From positions 248,001 through 312,000 of the forward strand of contig NIVC01000264.1 in the NCBI GenBank assembly GCA_002269645.1: a stretch of DNA of 64,000 nucleotides, given 5' to 3'. Numbering within the stretch: the first letter of the stretch is position 1; every line of letters begins with the position of its first letter. The stretch comes from Macrostomum lignano. Its lineage: Eukaryota. The position numbers and the translations under genes were made by a program. The notes beneath the pieces were generated by a model. It made no database searches. It had not been told where the DNA came from and was given only the letters and a program-made list of their open reading frames with translations. Positions 47,283 to 61,400 of this stretch are shown in pieces.

Positions 47283-48061
47283 CGAGGGCTGTCCAAAAAG
47301 TAGTGTTACTTTCACTATATCTCTTGTTCTGCTGATCCAAAAAACATCATTTTGCACAGATTTATAGTGGCAACTCTCTTTTTTATGTTAACTTTAACAT
47401 CATTAAAAACAGACAATGGAAACAAAAGTTATAAACTAAAATGTAGCAGGACCTCGACTATAGACTTACAGTAATTTGACAAGTTAGTGGAAAGTAGTGA
47501 AAGTAATTTTGATAGAATGCACTCAGACTTCTTTGTTAGGCTGCTATAACAAAGAGATATCTATGGAAAATATTGGAGAAGCATATGGCTTTTAAAGCAA
47601 CAAAATATTTCAAAGTGGGCTTCAACTATATTGCTGTTTGCTCCCTCTTTTTGCTGCACTAAAATTCCTGGATTTGCATTCAAGTGTTGCTCAAAGGAGT
47701 GTAATATATACCCTTTGGGGGACGGAGGACAGTTGAGCCAAGATTCATGCTCAACTTTCATCGGCTCATAGGTCTATCACAGTCATTTACTGCAATCATT
47801 TTGCAGCATTCACTGCAGCCAATTACCCATTTGTCAGCTACCACTTCAATTTTTTAACTTGCCTATCTACTGTAAGTCTATTGTTGAGGTCCTACTATAT
47901 TTTAGTTTATAACTTTTGTTTCCATTGTGTCTGTTTTTAATGATGTTAAAGTTAACATAAAAAAGAGAGTTGCCGCTATAAATCTATGCAAAATGATGCT
48001 ATTTAGATTAGCAGAGCAAGACATATAATGAAAAGTAACACTACTTTTGGGACAGCCCTTG
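47283..48061. mobile_element. Non-autonomous mariner-like element with ~190-bp TIRs
   Basis: TA|CGAGGGCTGTCC...GGACAGCCCTTG|TA; arms 47283-47473 and ~47868-48061 are imperfect reverse complements. Confidence 0.85.
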
Positions 48062-48312
48062 TAAGATATCAAGGCTCATAGGGGGAATAACTAAGATGTC
48101 ATAGCTTATTAAGGGAAATTGCTAAGTTTATTGCAAGGAGAAGCTAAATGCAGTTTATTCAAAAATTTATATTCTATTCTTTGCTGGCTCTACAACAAGA
48201 GGTACTGATTGCTAGTTTTAGCTAATAGGCCTAATTATTTTTGTAAATATAAAAAATATAAATATTCCTTTATAATTACTTATAACTATAAAAGCCTAGT
48301 TAGAACAATCTA

Positions 48313-49140
48313 CGAGGGGTGTCCCAAAAGTTCCCGGAATGTCTAACGTAGCTCTTCAACAGAGCCATGAAATTTCACGCCCATGGTGTCAAATGAAAGG
48401 AAATTTTGTCACAAAGAATACAAAGTTAAAATCATGTTGATATCTTTTTTTATTCAAGAGCTACAGCAAGAAACTTGCGCAAAGGTCAGGGGTAGTGTTA
48501 CACAACCTCAACAATCTATGGCAATAATTTTTTCATCTCCATTTTTGGAGTTTTTCATTTTGAATTCGTGCTACTGACGTGTCAGAAAGACGTGGTAGTG
48601 TCTATGGAAAAAGCAGAAATGCTCATAAAGCTAATCTGAGCTTTTGCGCAAGTGCAGATAATTTGTACCAAGCACTTGCTTTCAACTTGAAATTTCTTTG
48701 CAAAAATGAGTTCTCTTCAGAGCCTTGAAAGTCAGCAAAGTCAAGTTTTTGCCCTTTGGTCAGTAGGATGGAGTGGAGCCAAGATTTCTGACAACTTATT
48801 CTTCATCCACGGTGAGAACAGCCTGAAAAAAACTGCAATTTATGGATAGATTGAACGCTTTAGAGATGGCCAGTCTGCTGTGAATGAATTCAAAATGAAA
48901 AACTCCAAAAATGGAGATGAAAAAATTATTGCCATAGATTGTTGAGGTTGTGTAACACTACCCCTGACCTTTGCGCAAGTTTCTTGCTGTAGCTCTTGAA
49001 TAAAAAAAGATATCAACATGATTTTAACTTTGTATTCTTTGTGACAAAATTTCCTTTCATTTGACACCATGGGCGTGAAATTTCATGGCTCTGTTGAAGA
49101 GCTACGTTAGACATTCCGGGAACTTTTGGGACACCCCTTG
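48313..49140. mobile_element. Non-autonomous mariner-like element with ~255-bp near-perfect TIRs
   Basis: TA|CGAGGGGTGTCCC...GGGACACCCCTTG|TA; 48313-48567 vs 48886-49140. Internal remnant IYG*IERFRDGQS resembles the mariner HTH. Confidence 0.9.
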
Positions 49141-51222
49141 TATATATCCCAATGGCCTATTCATTATTGATTAAATTTAAAAATATATAATGGCACTTTA
49201 AAAATCATTTTGACCAAACAAATTAAAATATTTTATATTTGTTAAAAATAATTATTTAAAGAGAATACTAAATAGTTTAATTTGTAGATTATAGTTGACA
49301 AAAAAATTATGAAATTTAGGGATAAAATTTATTAGGTCTAATGATAGAAATAATATTAGCTAGGCATAAGATAGCCCCTAGCCTGCCTACCCCTATGGCA
49401 TGTTTATGCTTAAAATAATTCAGATTAGATCTAGAAACAAAAGACTAAAAAAGCATCTTGAACATGGTCATTTAGTAGGTCATTAATAGACTTATAGCTA
49501 TGGCTTTAGGGTACATATAGATACATATTAGATCATATTAGATATTTTATTTTTGAGATAGGGTACTTTTCCTTTATAATAATAGTATTTTTCTTAGTAT
49601 ATATGTTACAATTGTGATTCATTTTCTTAGAAACTGCAATATTCAAATTTCCACCAATAGTAATAATTTTTTTTAATGTTATGAAGTCAAATAATATTGT
49701 ATGAAATGACCTGTTTGTTATAAATACATCTTTTAAGTAGTATAAATAGAAGCCTAGAGCAGGCCAAGAAACCAACTCATTGCAAGCATTCAATTTTGCT
49801 CAGCACAGTTAATACAATTGTTCTCATAAAAATCACTAGTATTCAAGACTTATTCTTTTTATTGAGCCCTATATTGGGAATAACAAAAACTGCTAAAAGC
49901 GAGAATTGCCTTTGGGTAGTAACCTAATAGAGCATATAACCACCTCAGGGCAGGAGAATTGCCTTAGAGCAGGAGAAGCACATAAAGGCTGTGACTCTCT
50001 GATCCAAGGAACACCCAGGACTAAGAGACAAATCCCCATAAAAGTAGATAGTGAGAAAATAGTGCCAATAGACTGCTCAGGCAAAGAGTACAATACATGT
50101 ACAAAGGCTACCAATAGACAAATAGATGCTACCAATATAGAAGTAGATAGAGAAGTAGTCATGCTACCAATAAGTAAAAGTATATGCAAGAGTATATTTA
50201 TTATTGAGGGCAATTAGTACTATTACAACATTAGTGGCATTGATAGGATCATTCATAAAAACAGAGGAAAACCCTGTTACAACTTTGGTATCAGCTAGCA
50301 GGATTTTCATAGAGAGTCAAAAGACCTGTTACAACTTAGTGGCATTAGTGGAATAGCTAAAAGAGGGAAGCAAAACCCACTGTCACAACTTTGATGGCTA
50401 ATGGTAGGATTTAATAGAGAGAAGCAAAACACCTGTAACAACTTTGTTATCAGCTGGTGGGATTTTTCATAGGGAGCCAAAAGGCCTGTAGCAATTTAAC
50501 AAGTGAATAAATCAACACCATCATTATTTCTACAAAATTTACCCATCTAGACTAAAATAGTTGGATTCATAGATTTTCAGTTTGTTTAACCAACTAGAAA
50601 AAATCAAGTGACAAAATCTTCTTCTTAGCTCTACCATGAACTGAAATAAATAACTTGCTGCCTTCAGAGCAGTGCCTTGTACTTGTAGGTCGTAGAAATC
50701 CATCTGACCATCTATTCTAATTTCTAGCTTAGCTATAAGTATAAATCATGTTAGATGTTATAGAATATAGTAGAAAAGGTCGAATAATGTGCAGACTTTT
50801 AAAAATTAGGCTTTTACGTAGGAAATTAATGGCAATGGAAATTCATACATTTTAGAATGTTTAGCATCGTACACACACTCTCCTTTGTCATGCTCAATAA
50901 GACGAAGAACTTGAAATTTCTAAGAAGCATAAACAGGCTGGAATTTAAATCGCACCCTGATGCGCTGTTGCGTGTGCTTTATAGCCTTAGCTCATAAGTA
51001 GAGTTTGAAAAATGTGAAATTTTGTGTTGATTAATTTTTTAGGCAAACGTTTCATCATAATAAATGATATTGCTGAAGTGTTGATCAGAATGTTTTTGTT
51101 AAACATAGTAAAAATGCAACTTCCCGGATGTTTAGTCGCGGTTCTTACTTTTGTAACTAGTTTTAGTTGAATTTGGAGTTGAAGCATAAATTTACGGTTT
51201 AATGTTAAAATTTATTAGTTTG

Positions 51223-51362
51223 CAGGGACTACTCAATACTCGGGACGGGAAACGACAAAACTTAAAGGCCGATCTATGAATAACTTAGTCCTCGAAAAGC
51301 ATTCTTGGATAACTTATGCTCTCAGCTTGAATAACTTAGTCCCGAGAATTGCGTAGTCCCTG
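51223..51362. mobile_element. 140-bp P-element-type MITE
   Basis: TIR CAGGGACTAC(T/G)CAAT(A/T)CTCGGGAC; flanks TTAGTTTG / TTAGTATG (8 bp, 1 mismatch). Confidence 0.7.
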
Positions 51363-51630
51363 TTAGTATGCTTATTGATGGTTTCCATATCCGTTTTTTA
51401 CAATTTACTGATACATGCACAGTATGGAAGGCATTTCAAATTCAAATCTTAGCCTTTCCGACCTGATCAGACAGGTCATTTTTTTTAAAATAGAGATTTT
51501 TCTTACGAAAATAAGAACCACAGCACATTGGCTAACAAACTAGATTTTACACAGAACTAAAAGAGAATTTAAACAGTAAAAAATTATGTGATTGTAAAGC
51601 ATCCATCTCAAGAACAACTAGAAGCGCGGT

Positions 51631-52086
51631 TGTAACGCCCTGCGGCGTGGTCAGAAGACGCTGATGGATGCTAGGTTGTGCAGAAGGCAAACTGGTGAAA
51701 GGTAGTCCTTCAGTCGTGTCGCTGAGCGTTCAGCTGTGGGTGTGGCCAACTATACCGAGGAGCCGACTATTGTCAAGTCCGAGTGCTGCACTGCTGCGCG
51801 GTTCCTCGGGTTGCTGGGACTCTGGTGCTACGTGGATTGGAAGATGAATGCGCAGAAGCTGTTTTGCTGGCTTTTTGCTTCATTTACAATTGGAGCCTGT
51901 CGCTTCCCTGCTGGCGGTGATGAGGTGGAGAGAGGAGCTGAGAGGCTACCGCCATGCTACATCATCAATAAAGGGCGTATCGAGGCGTGATGAACTGCAA
52001 TATGCCTGCGACGGAACATGAGCCTTCGAGCGTTTCACGCCCCGGGTGAATTTCAGATTTTTGCCAATGCCGCCCCACGTTGCATG
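51631..52086 (+). mobile_element. Possible solo LTR or small insertion element
   Basis: Begins TGTAACG and ends CGTTGCA(TG); internal AATAAA; AGCGCGGT on both sides, but 2 bp out of register with TG...CA. Confidence 0.35.
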
Positions 52087-53068
52087 AGCGCGGTCAGCTG
52101 CTTAATTTTTTACTTCTCTGCTATGGTTGCTGTAATGACTCAGACTAGCTTTTAGTTTTGGCGAGAGAAAACGATGCACTTAACTGAGCCGACAGCTCAA
52201 TTCAATATATTTATAGGCACGAGAGTATTGCGTAATAAGAATATTAATGCTATGAAATCATCGACCAAGCCAGCCGTACATTATTCAAGGACTTCTAGAA
52301 GTCCTTGACATTATTACCGCGCAGAGCGTACACTACAGTTGCGTTTGGCCAAATGTTTTAAATTCTCAGCATCGACACGGTCTTGGCTCGCCCACCGCCT
52401 CCTTAATTTTCAGGCCGCCGCGTCGCTACTGAGTGGCGCCTACCCGGCCGAGATCAAGGCAGGCAATCGGCAGGCAAGCCCGAGAGTGGTGCGAGTTCTG
52501 TGGCATTGACTAGATGCGATCCACAATCCTGCAATGTCACATGCTTGATCAACGTACTACCTCACCAACCTGGTCGGCACGCGTCTCAACTCCTACAGCA
52601 GCGTCTCGGCCGTCGCCAGTGCGCTGTCGCTTTTAACTCAAGCTCCAGACCTGAAGCGGCCGGTGTCACATGTCATGCTGGTCGAGATTTGGTGCTGGTT
52701 GCGCTCGTCTGGAAGGAAGCTGGACCGCTTCCTGCAAGACAAGTTCTCATCGGTCAGTTTCCGCAGCTCAGCGTTCTCAGTCCGCAGCCTACACCGCGGG
52801 GTGCGCCCTGGGCTTCAGTGCAAGTCTTGCCCGTCCCCGACATCAAGAGCATCGCGGTACCTGCCTCAGTTTCACCGGGTGGTAGAGGCGGATGTCCACT
52901 TCGCCGCTGGAGTTTCAGCTCCAATTTTAGTGCGAAAGACTTTCGTTTTTCTTTTTGGTTTTTCTTTCCCCCTTCCTCAGTTTTTTCTTTTCTTTGCTTT
53001 GGTTTGGAGGCTTTTGCGTGCTTCTTAGCCATGTTCGGTGTTTTCTGGACTGGTTCACTAAGGACTTT

Positions 53069-53101
<33 letters not shown>

Positions 53102-55674
53102 ACCTGTGCAAATTAACCGGCTTTACTGATCAGTCCAGATGCGTTATATCTATCCCCCGCCCTCCTGCCCCTCTGCCTCGTGCGCATGCTTGTACTCATG
53201 CTCTTCGGAGGAGGGAGGTTGGTGCTGGTTTGAGGTGGTGGGCCTCCATCTAGTTTTAAAGGTCTGCATGCATTGTGCCCCTGCGGTTTATTGAATTTTT
53301 ATTTTTTTACTTTTTATTGTGTGCTATATTTCCGCTTGCATGCTTGACAAAATTTTATTGCTTAATTAATTTTCTTTTAACTTCCGTTCCTCCCGAATTG
53401 CACAAATAAACGGCGCTTTGTATTGTTTGGATCACGAACTACTTTTGCGGGCCTTCGCTGACTTTGAAAGCTGAATTCGCTGACTAGAAAAGCTAATTCT
53501 TCGAAATCTCTCAATCCTATTATAGCCAGATGGTCAATCTGCATTTTCTGTGCTTTATTAGTTGAGAACTCTTAAGAAAGTCGAATTGTTCTGACAGCCT
53601 CGGAACGTGGTTAATGCGAGCCTGCATGATCGATCGTCCGATATTCGATTAAGATACTTTTCGTGGCTTCGACCTAATAGTCCTCTTTCAGAAGCCAGCT
53701 TTTTTGTGACTGCGCAGTCATTTAGTTCAATCTGGCAGCAGTTCGATATTAGAGTCTGATCCAAACGCTGATATGCAGTGTTTTGAGATGAAAATTTACA
53801 GTCGAATTTAATCTTCATATTTTTCGTGCAATTACGAGCTCGAGCGTTTTAATTCACGTAAGTTTATTTTGTCCGTTCACTTGCATTTTTGGGTAATTGC
53901 GAGCTGGAAATATAGTTTACCATGTCGTTAAAATCTCGTATTTTTAATGAGCGGATTAACAATTTAGTGAAGAAGTTTCCATAGTTATTTTCCATAGGCG
54001 ACATCGCCAGGGGTGCCTTCCTAGGGTCGTCATTCCCAGGAGCGCCATACCAAGAGGCTTTCCCACGGGCACTGAAGCTGCTGCAATTAATTAGGTGGTG
54101 CCACATGTTTATGCTATAGTCCTACCTAGCAGACACAACATTTTAGAAGTGAATTCAGGAAAATAAATGATGACGGGACAGTGTTCTCATTCCTAAAAAA
54201 TTCTTATAATGCTAGAATATAAAATTTAGGATTTTTAGCTACAGCTAATGGATGAACGCCTATTAGAGATTCAAGTTTAATCTACAAACTCTACGAAAAC
54301 ACAACCTGCAGAGACGTACGTTCTTTGAAGCAAGACTTTCAGTCCGATATTTTTCCCAGAAACGTGCTCTCACCTGCGCAGTTAGGTAGAGCTCATCGTG
54401 CTTTTCTATCTTTCAATTTAGTAATCACTGGTGTATGAAATGCTTTTTAATTAAATAGCGTCGACTCGTGTTTGACTGACATTCAAAGGGGGAGCGAGCC
54501 ATCAGCGAAGTTATCCGCTAATTCATCAGAGAGTGGGGAAAAAATTGCATTTGAAGCTGGGAGTCTACGCGCGTGCATGCGTAAATAAATAAATTTTCGC
54601 TGGAGCATTGTGGGCTACCCTGGCGCATCCTTCCCGCAACCAGCACTGCGGAGGCAACTCCAGCGTACCATTCCACTGATTCATGAGCATACAAGCGCCA
54701 ATACTGTAGGCAGGCACACGTTCTTAGACGCAAAGGTCATCGTCACGTCAGCGCGATCGGATTATTTAGGCAGGTTTTTTTAATGCATTCAAGTGCTATT
54801 TAAACAGACAGACAACACGAGCGCCATCTGCCATAAATTTCCATCAGATGCAGCAGTATGTCATCAATAGTTAATAATCAACAGATAAGTACTCCTTTGC
54901 TGTAGCTGTAATGCTACCCGAGCCCAGTATGTATAGGGGAGCTCACTGGGTGCTTTTATTCACAGCAATCTACATATAATCTTCTCTATATATCATTATA
55001 CAGGCTAAATTGCATGCACTATTTAAGATCAATTCTGGTGAAAAGGAATTCCTGCAATTGCTATTTGGCTAACAACTTGCCTATCGGGGTGAGACATTCT
55101 GTCAGTTTAGTGGATATAAATCAGATGTCAACTTGAATGACTAAGAATCTATTAAACTAGGTCATTCGACGCGAACTTTGGTACGAGTACAGCCATGCAG
55201 CTGCAGAGCGAGCATTTGCACTTTTATAATACAGAATTTTCGAATGCATTTTCATCATCTATTCAAAAATAAATATAATGTACCGGATCGGAGATACTCA
55301 ATAGCCTTGGGAGTGTAAATTACGCAGAAACAAAGAAAATTTTCTAATAAAGTGCATTGCTTGTAAACTGATGCGATTGAGATGGACAATGGGGCGAGAA
55401 GTGTAATCTGACTAGCGTGACCTTAATTGATGCACCGGTTAATACGAGCGTACAATAGATAAATAATCACATATTACTCATCTGGTTAATATGCTTCTGG
55501 CTTCTGGTTGTTCTCACCTACATGTAAGGTTTTCTGGCTTCTGCAGAGAGACAAATATGGGTTTTTTAATGTTCTGACTCTTCATGATCGACTGTTTGAT
55601 AAAGTTGTCTCTACATTGTAGATTGCTTTCCGTGACAATAAAAAAAGCGAGTGCGATACCTGAATAGTTTCAAA

Positions 55675-56330
55675 CGTCAATTATCAATTATCAAGTATCA
55701 ATTATCAATTATCAATTATCAAGTATCAAATATCAAATATCAAGTATCAAATATCAAGTATCAAATATCAAGTATCAAATATCAAGTATCAAATATCAAG
55801 TATCAAATATCAAGTATCAAATATCCAGTATCAAATATCCAGTATCAAATATCAAGTATCAAATATCAAGTATCAAATATCAAGTATCAAATATCAAGTA
55901 TCAAGTATCAAGTATCAAATATCAAGTATCAAATATCAAGTATTAAGTATCAAAAATAAAGTATCAAATATCAAGTATCAAATATCAAGTATCAAATATC
56001 AAGTATCAAATATCAAGTATCAAATATCAAGTATTAAGTATCAAGTATCAAATATCAAGTATTAAGTATCAAATATCAAGTATCAAATATCAAGTATCAA
56101 ATATCAAGTATCAAATATCAAGTATCAAGTATCAAGTATCAAATATCAAGTATCAAATATCAAGTATCAAATATCAAGTATCAAATATCAAGTATCAAGT
56201 ATCAAGTATCAAGTATCAAGTATCAAATATCAAGTATCAAATATCAAGTATCAAATATCAAGTATCAAATATTAAGTATCAAATATCAAGTGTTAAGTAT
56301 CAAGCATCAAGCACCAACCATCAAGTATCA
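55675..56330 (+). repeat. 7/14-bp satellite (ATCAAGTATCAAAT)n
   Basis: Direct reading. Confidence 0.95.
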
Positions 56331-58447
56331 AATGAGTTTTGTTAGACTGCGACAATCAGTAAGAGTACACGATAGAAAAAATGCAGCTTCTCGCGAGAGA
56401 GAGCCTGAATATTGGGGCAAGGCTGAATCCAAGCAACACAGCAGGAACATAATTTGAAAATTGCCGAAAAAAGTGGTTAATAAAAGACCGAAGCTTTTCC
56501 CGAAATTCATAATTAAAATGCCCCATCCGGAGGCTTCCAGCAACAGTTATAATTTGCACCTATGCAAGGCTTGAATTGCAATCTCTCGCTTTGATCGGTG
56601 AGGCGTTGAGTTGAGAGAAATTAAAAAAACAGCCGGCAGAGCACGCTCGGAGAGGGCGGAAGCTGAGCTGACAATTTCTGGAACAGCACAGGAAAGCCAA
56701 GTTGACAGCTCATCATCCATCGGCACTCGCAGGGAAACAGTCAATCTCGCCGCGTGTTGTCACTTGCTGTTCGTCTTAGGATGAGGCACTTCCGGAACTT
56801 CCGGTACAGCTGGGGCGCCGTTGAAATGCTCAAAAAAGCTTTTGACAGTAAGATTCAAATTGAGTGCCGGACAGAGGTGATAATGGGTCTTCAGAGGTCG
56901 AGTCCTCCTTAAAAATGTTCGCTCGCGTTCATGAAGCGAACCGAAGATGATCTCAGAAACAGCTCGATACGCTCCATGTGCTATTTATTTAAGATTAAAA
57001 GATTTTTCAGCTCAATCACGATGGTATGTAAAACTTTTGGATTTCCATAAGGTGTTTCAAAAATTAAGAGTATCTCAAAGTTTATTGGGGGGGCTTCGCC
57101 CCGCTAACAGCCTGATATCAGAAACCCACAACAATACGGACACGAAACCGAAAAAACCGAAAGAAAATTTTTTTATTTCCAAGAAAAAATTGCGAAAATT
57201 GGTGCGTGCAAATTTCTGTTTCACATAAAACAACTTTACATGTGCAGGACGAACACACGATATGGCCAGCTGAAGCAGAATGAATGATGCTGCGACACTC
57301 GAAAATCGTGCAAATCTGGTTGGAGGCCTTAAGTTCCGGTTTTTTCAACACTAAATTCCCTTCATCTCACCTTCTGAACTTTCGAGAATCCAGAGAAAAT
57401 CCATCCTAAAAATTACACTAAAGAGGCACAAAATCACGCCTTGCCTTGAATGGAATTTGGAAATCCAGAAAGTGAGATATCGGGAATTTAGTGCTGAAAA
57501 ATTCAAAACATCCCATCTAGCGAGATTGGCACGAATTGCAACTGCATCGCATCGTCATTTTGCTACAGCTTCCATAGATGGACGAAACAGTGATGGTGCT
57601 GTGACACTGACTCAAGCTAAAAAACAAACACAAACAGATGCAGCGAAACTTGAACCAAAAAGTACTTTATATTGCACAAAACTACAAATACAAAAATATA
57701 GAAAACACAATTCCTCCATGCTCAGTAACCATTCGTAATCAAAAGCGTTTTTGTGCATGAAAAATCTGCGAAAATCGAAGATGACTCTCCAGCCTCTTTG
57801 ATGGGGATTGAAAATAACCAAAAGGCCAAAGTGAAAGCTAAAGTTATCAACTGTTCATCAATAAGGCCTGATCAGTTGAGTAGATAAAAGAGTCGAATAT
57901 GATAGAAGTACATCGACAAATTTTCCTTCCAACGCACACAGAATCGAGGATAAAACCTTTAGGAGCTGATTCTAAACTGATCGATCTGGGAGCTTGGCCT
58001 GTGATCAAGGACTACGAAAGGAGATTTTACAAAAAAACACAGAATCTCCATGAAGCTGCTTTGACTCGATTCAATCTGTCAGTGCATGACTGTCAGTGGT
58101 GTGCGGATTAAATATCTGTTTCTTTCCCGAGACTTTTGCGATTCATTGCCACCCCCCCCCCTGTAACCATCATCTAAACGGGTTGACTGATTGAAATTTC
58201 TGTAAACCCTCACAAGACTATTATTTACTATGAACCTGTAAAATATTGAACCCACGGACGCGTAAATGACAGGACTTTCTGGGTCACCCGTGATACGCTC
58301 GATATTCCCTGTTCAAGCGTAAGGCACAATCCCCAACTCCATTTTAACGTTGGAATAGAACCAGAGGTCGTTTGCATTTGCAAATGCAAACATGCATTTG
58401 GTGGACCCCAAAACGGCTCGAAAATGATGCAAAACAGAACGGGAACC

Positions 58448-61400
58448 TCAGTGCGACTCAGAAGAAGCTGCCTCAGCCGCATCCTCTTCTTGGGGCGTCT
58501 TCGTTGCTACCGGCACCAGCCGCAGCGCCTGGTCCCCGGCTGATCCGCCTTCGGCGACGTCCCCGCGGCTGCGGCTGCTCGACCGGCGCAATCGGGACGC
58601 CCCGCAGGCCAGCTCTCCTCCTCGGCCGCCAATGAGGCCTCGGCGGCCGATGTCGCCGCCGAAGCGTCGCCCGCAGAAGCAGCCGACGATGGCCTGGAAG
58701 ACGGCCAGGTAGCCGGCGCTGAACTCGCGATTCGACACGCCGTAGACCAAGAAATTGACGGTGGAGTTGAAGTGGGCCAGCAGCAGGCAGTAGGCGTGCA
58801 GCTGAGCCGGCAGCTGGTTCTCCGGATCCGACACGATCACCGTGGCGTAGGGCGTCCACGTGACCACCAGCACGGCGAACACCATGAACAGGGTGCGCGC
58901 CAGGCGGAATGAAGCCGATGAGGAGCTCCAGCTGCCCCAGCTGCTACCACCGCCGCCGCCGCCACCACCACTGATGTCACCGCTCCGACGAACCACCGGC
59001 GCGGGCTTGCGAAGCCGCCGCCTGGACGAGCGAAAGTGCAGAAAGATGCGGGCGTAGCAGAACGCGATCACCAGGCAGGGGGCGCAGACGCCGCAGAGGG
59101 AGAAGAACACAGTGTAGGTGCGCGAGGCCAGCCGGTCCCACAGACACGCGAAACTCTTGCGATCGTATGAGTGGCCGCGCCAGCCGATGAAGTTGGGCGA
59201 CTCAAGCAGGAAGCTGGCCACCCACAGGCCCAGGCAGGCGTACAGAGTGCTACGCTGTGTGTAGATCCGATCGTAGTGCCGCGTGTGGCAGATGTGCACG
59301 TACCTGTTGACTGCGATGGCTCCGATGGTGAGCAGTGAGCAATAGCAGGAGGTCAGGCACACGGCGGCCACAACTTCGCATAGGACGGGCCGATTCTCGA
59401 AGTAGATCTCGCCGTGTAGGATACCTGAGCGAAGTTTCGTTATGAGCTGTGCCTATAGGTTTCAAAGTACATGCATAAAGGACTTCAGGTCAAGCGTTAG
59501 CAGAGTGATGAAGTGCTAATACAGAGGCTTAATTAGTTTTCTAATCAGTTTTCTATGAGCTGATTGCACGGGAAGATTTGAGAATGGTGTGATTTCTGGC
59601 AGAACTCGTCTCAAAGCTCATTAGAGTGGAATCATTCTCTCTGAAAGCTCCTCTTTTATCTTTGTGGTGACTGAAAGGCCGTCTTCGGTAAAAGCCTCAA
59701 TAAAGGAAGCAGCACCTGGGGTACTCAAAGGGGGGGGGGGATTATCGCTAATAAACAAATAAAAGCTGCCATGTTTCCCGCAACGCTCAGAAAGAGCCGC
59801 ACTCACTGGGGTGTAAGGCATTGGAGCCCTGATTAGCGGGCTGCTGGTGCGGAGGGCTCAGCTGAAGCGAAGGTAGAGACAAGAGGAGCTTAAAAGGGCT
59901 AGAAATTAAGAAGGGCGAGAGCTGCTAAAAGCCGACAGAAGAAGATGGCAGTCAAATTCCTTTTTTAGAAGGGCTTCTTCTGTTTTGGGAGATCAGGGAA
60001 AATTGAACTGAAAATATTGAGTAATGCAGAAAGAAAGAAATGAGAGACATTAATGAGATGCACGAAAGGCAGGTAATTAATTACCTGCTTGTTGTAATGT
60101 CCCATGTGTGTTTTAATGACACACCACACCTCGCCTGAGCAACTGACCAAATATAAACAGTTTTGAAAGCAGCGTTTAACGTCTGCACCGGCTGAACTCA
60201 CCAACAATGCCAAATGGATCAACGAACAGAGTGATGCACAGGTCCGCGACTGCCAGGTTCACGATGAAGTAATTGCCGATCTGCCGTAGTGACTAAAATG
60301 AGAAACTCTTTATTGCGTGTTTATTGCGTCTTATCATGCTCAAGCCTAGTCTCATCATGCTCAAGCCTAGTCTCATCATGCTCAAGCCTAGTCTCATCAT
60401 GCTCAAGCTAGTCTCATCATGCTCAAGCCTAGTCTCATCATGCTCAATCCTAGTCTCATCATGCTCAATACTAGTCTCATCATGCTCAAGCCTAGTCTCA
60501 TCATGCTCAAGCCTAGTCTCATCATGCTTAAGCCTAGTCTCAGCATTCTCAAGCCTAGTCTCATCATACTCAAGCCTAGTCTCATCATGCTCAAGCCTAT
60601 TCTCATAATTCTCAATACTAGTCTCATTATGCTCAATCCTAGTCTCATCATGCTCAAGCCTAGTCTCATCATGCTCAATCCTAGTCTCATCATGCTCAAG
60701 CTAGTCTCATCATGCTCAAGCCTAGTCTCATCATTCTCAAGCCTAGTCTCATCATGCTCAAGCCTGTTCTCATAATTCTCAATACTAGTCTCATCATGCT
60801 CAATCCTAGTCTTATCATGCTCAATCCTGGTCTCATCATGCTCAAGCATAGTCTCATCATGCTCAAGCCTAGTCTCATCATGCTCAAGCCTAGTCTCATC
60901 ATGCTCAAGCCTATTCTCATAATTCTCAATACTAGTCTCATCATGCTCAAGCCTAGTCTCATCATGCTCAAGCCTAGTCTCATCATGCTCAAGCCTATTC
61001 TCATAATTCTCAATACTAGTCTCATCATGCTCAATCCTAGTCTCATCATGCTCAAGCCTAGTCTCATCATGCTCAATCCTAGTCTCATCATGCTCAAGCT
61101 AGTCTCATCATGCTCAAGCCTAGTCTCATCATTCTCAAGCCTAGTCTCATCATGCTCAAGCCTGTTCTCATAATTCTCAATACTAGTCTCATCATGCTCA
61201 AGCCTAGTCTCATCATGCTCAAGCCTTGTCTCATCATGCTCAAGCCTATTCTCATAATTCTCAATACTAGTCTCATCATGCTCAAGCCTAGTCTCATCAT
61301 GCTCAAGCCTAGTCTCATCATGCTCAAGCCTAGTCTCATCATGCTCAAGCCTATTCTCATAATTCTCAATACTAGTCTCATCATGCTCAAGCCTAGTCTC

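Noticed and set aside
49893-50217. Hydrophobic 106-aa ORF resembling a membrane protein
   Set aside because: Low-complexity AT-rich sequence with no motif or splice support.
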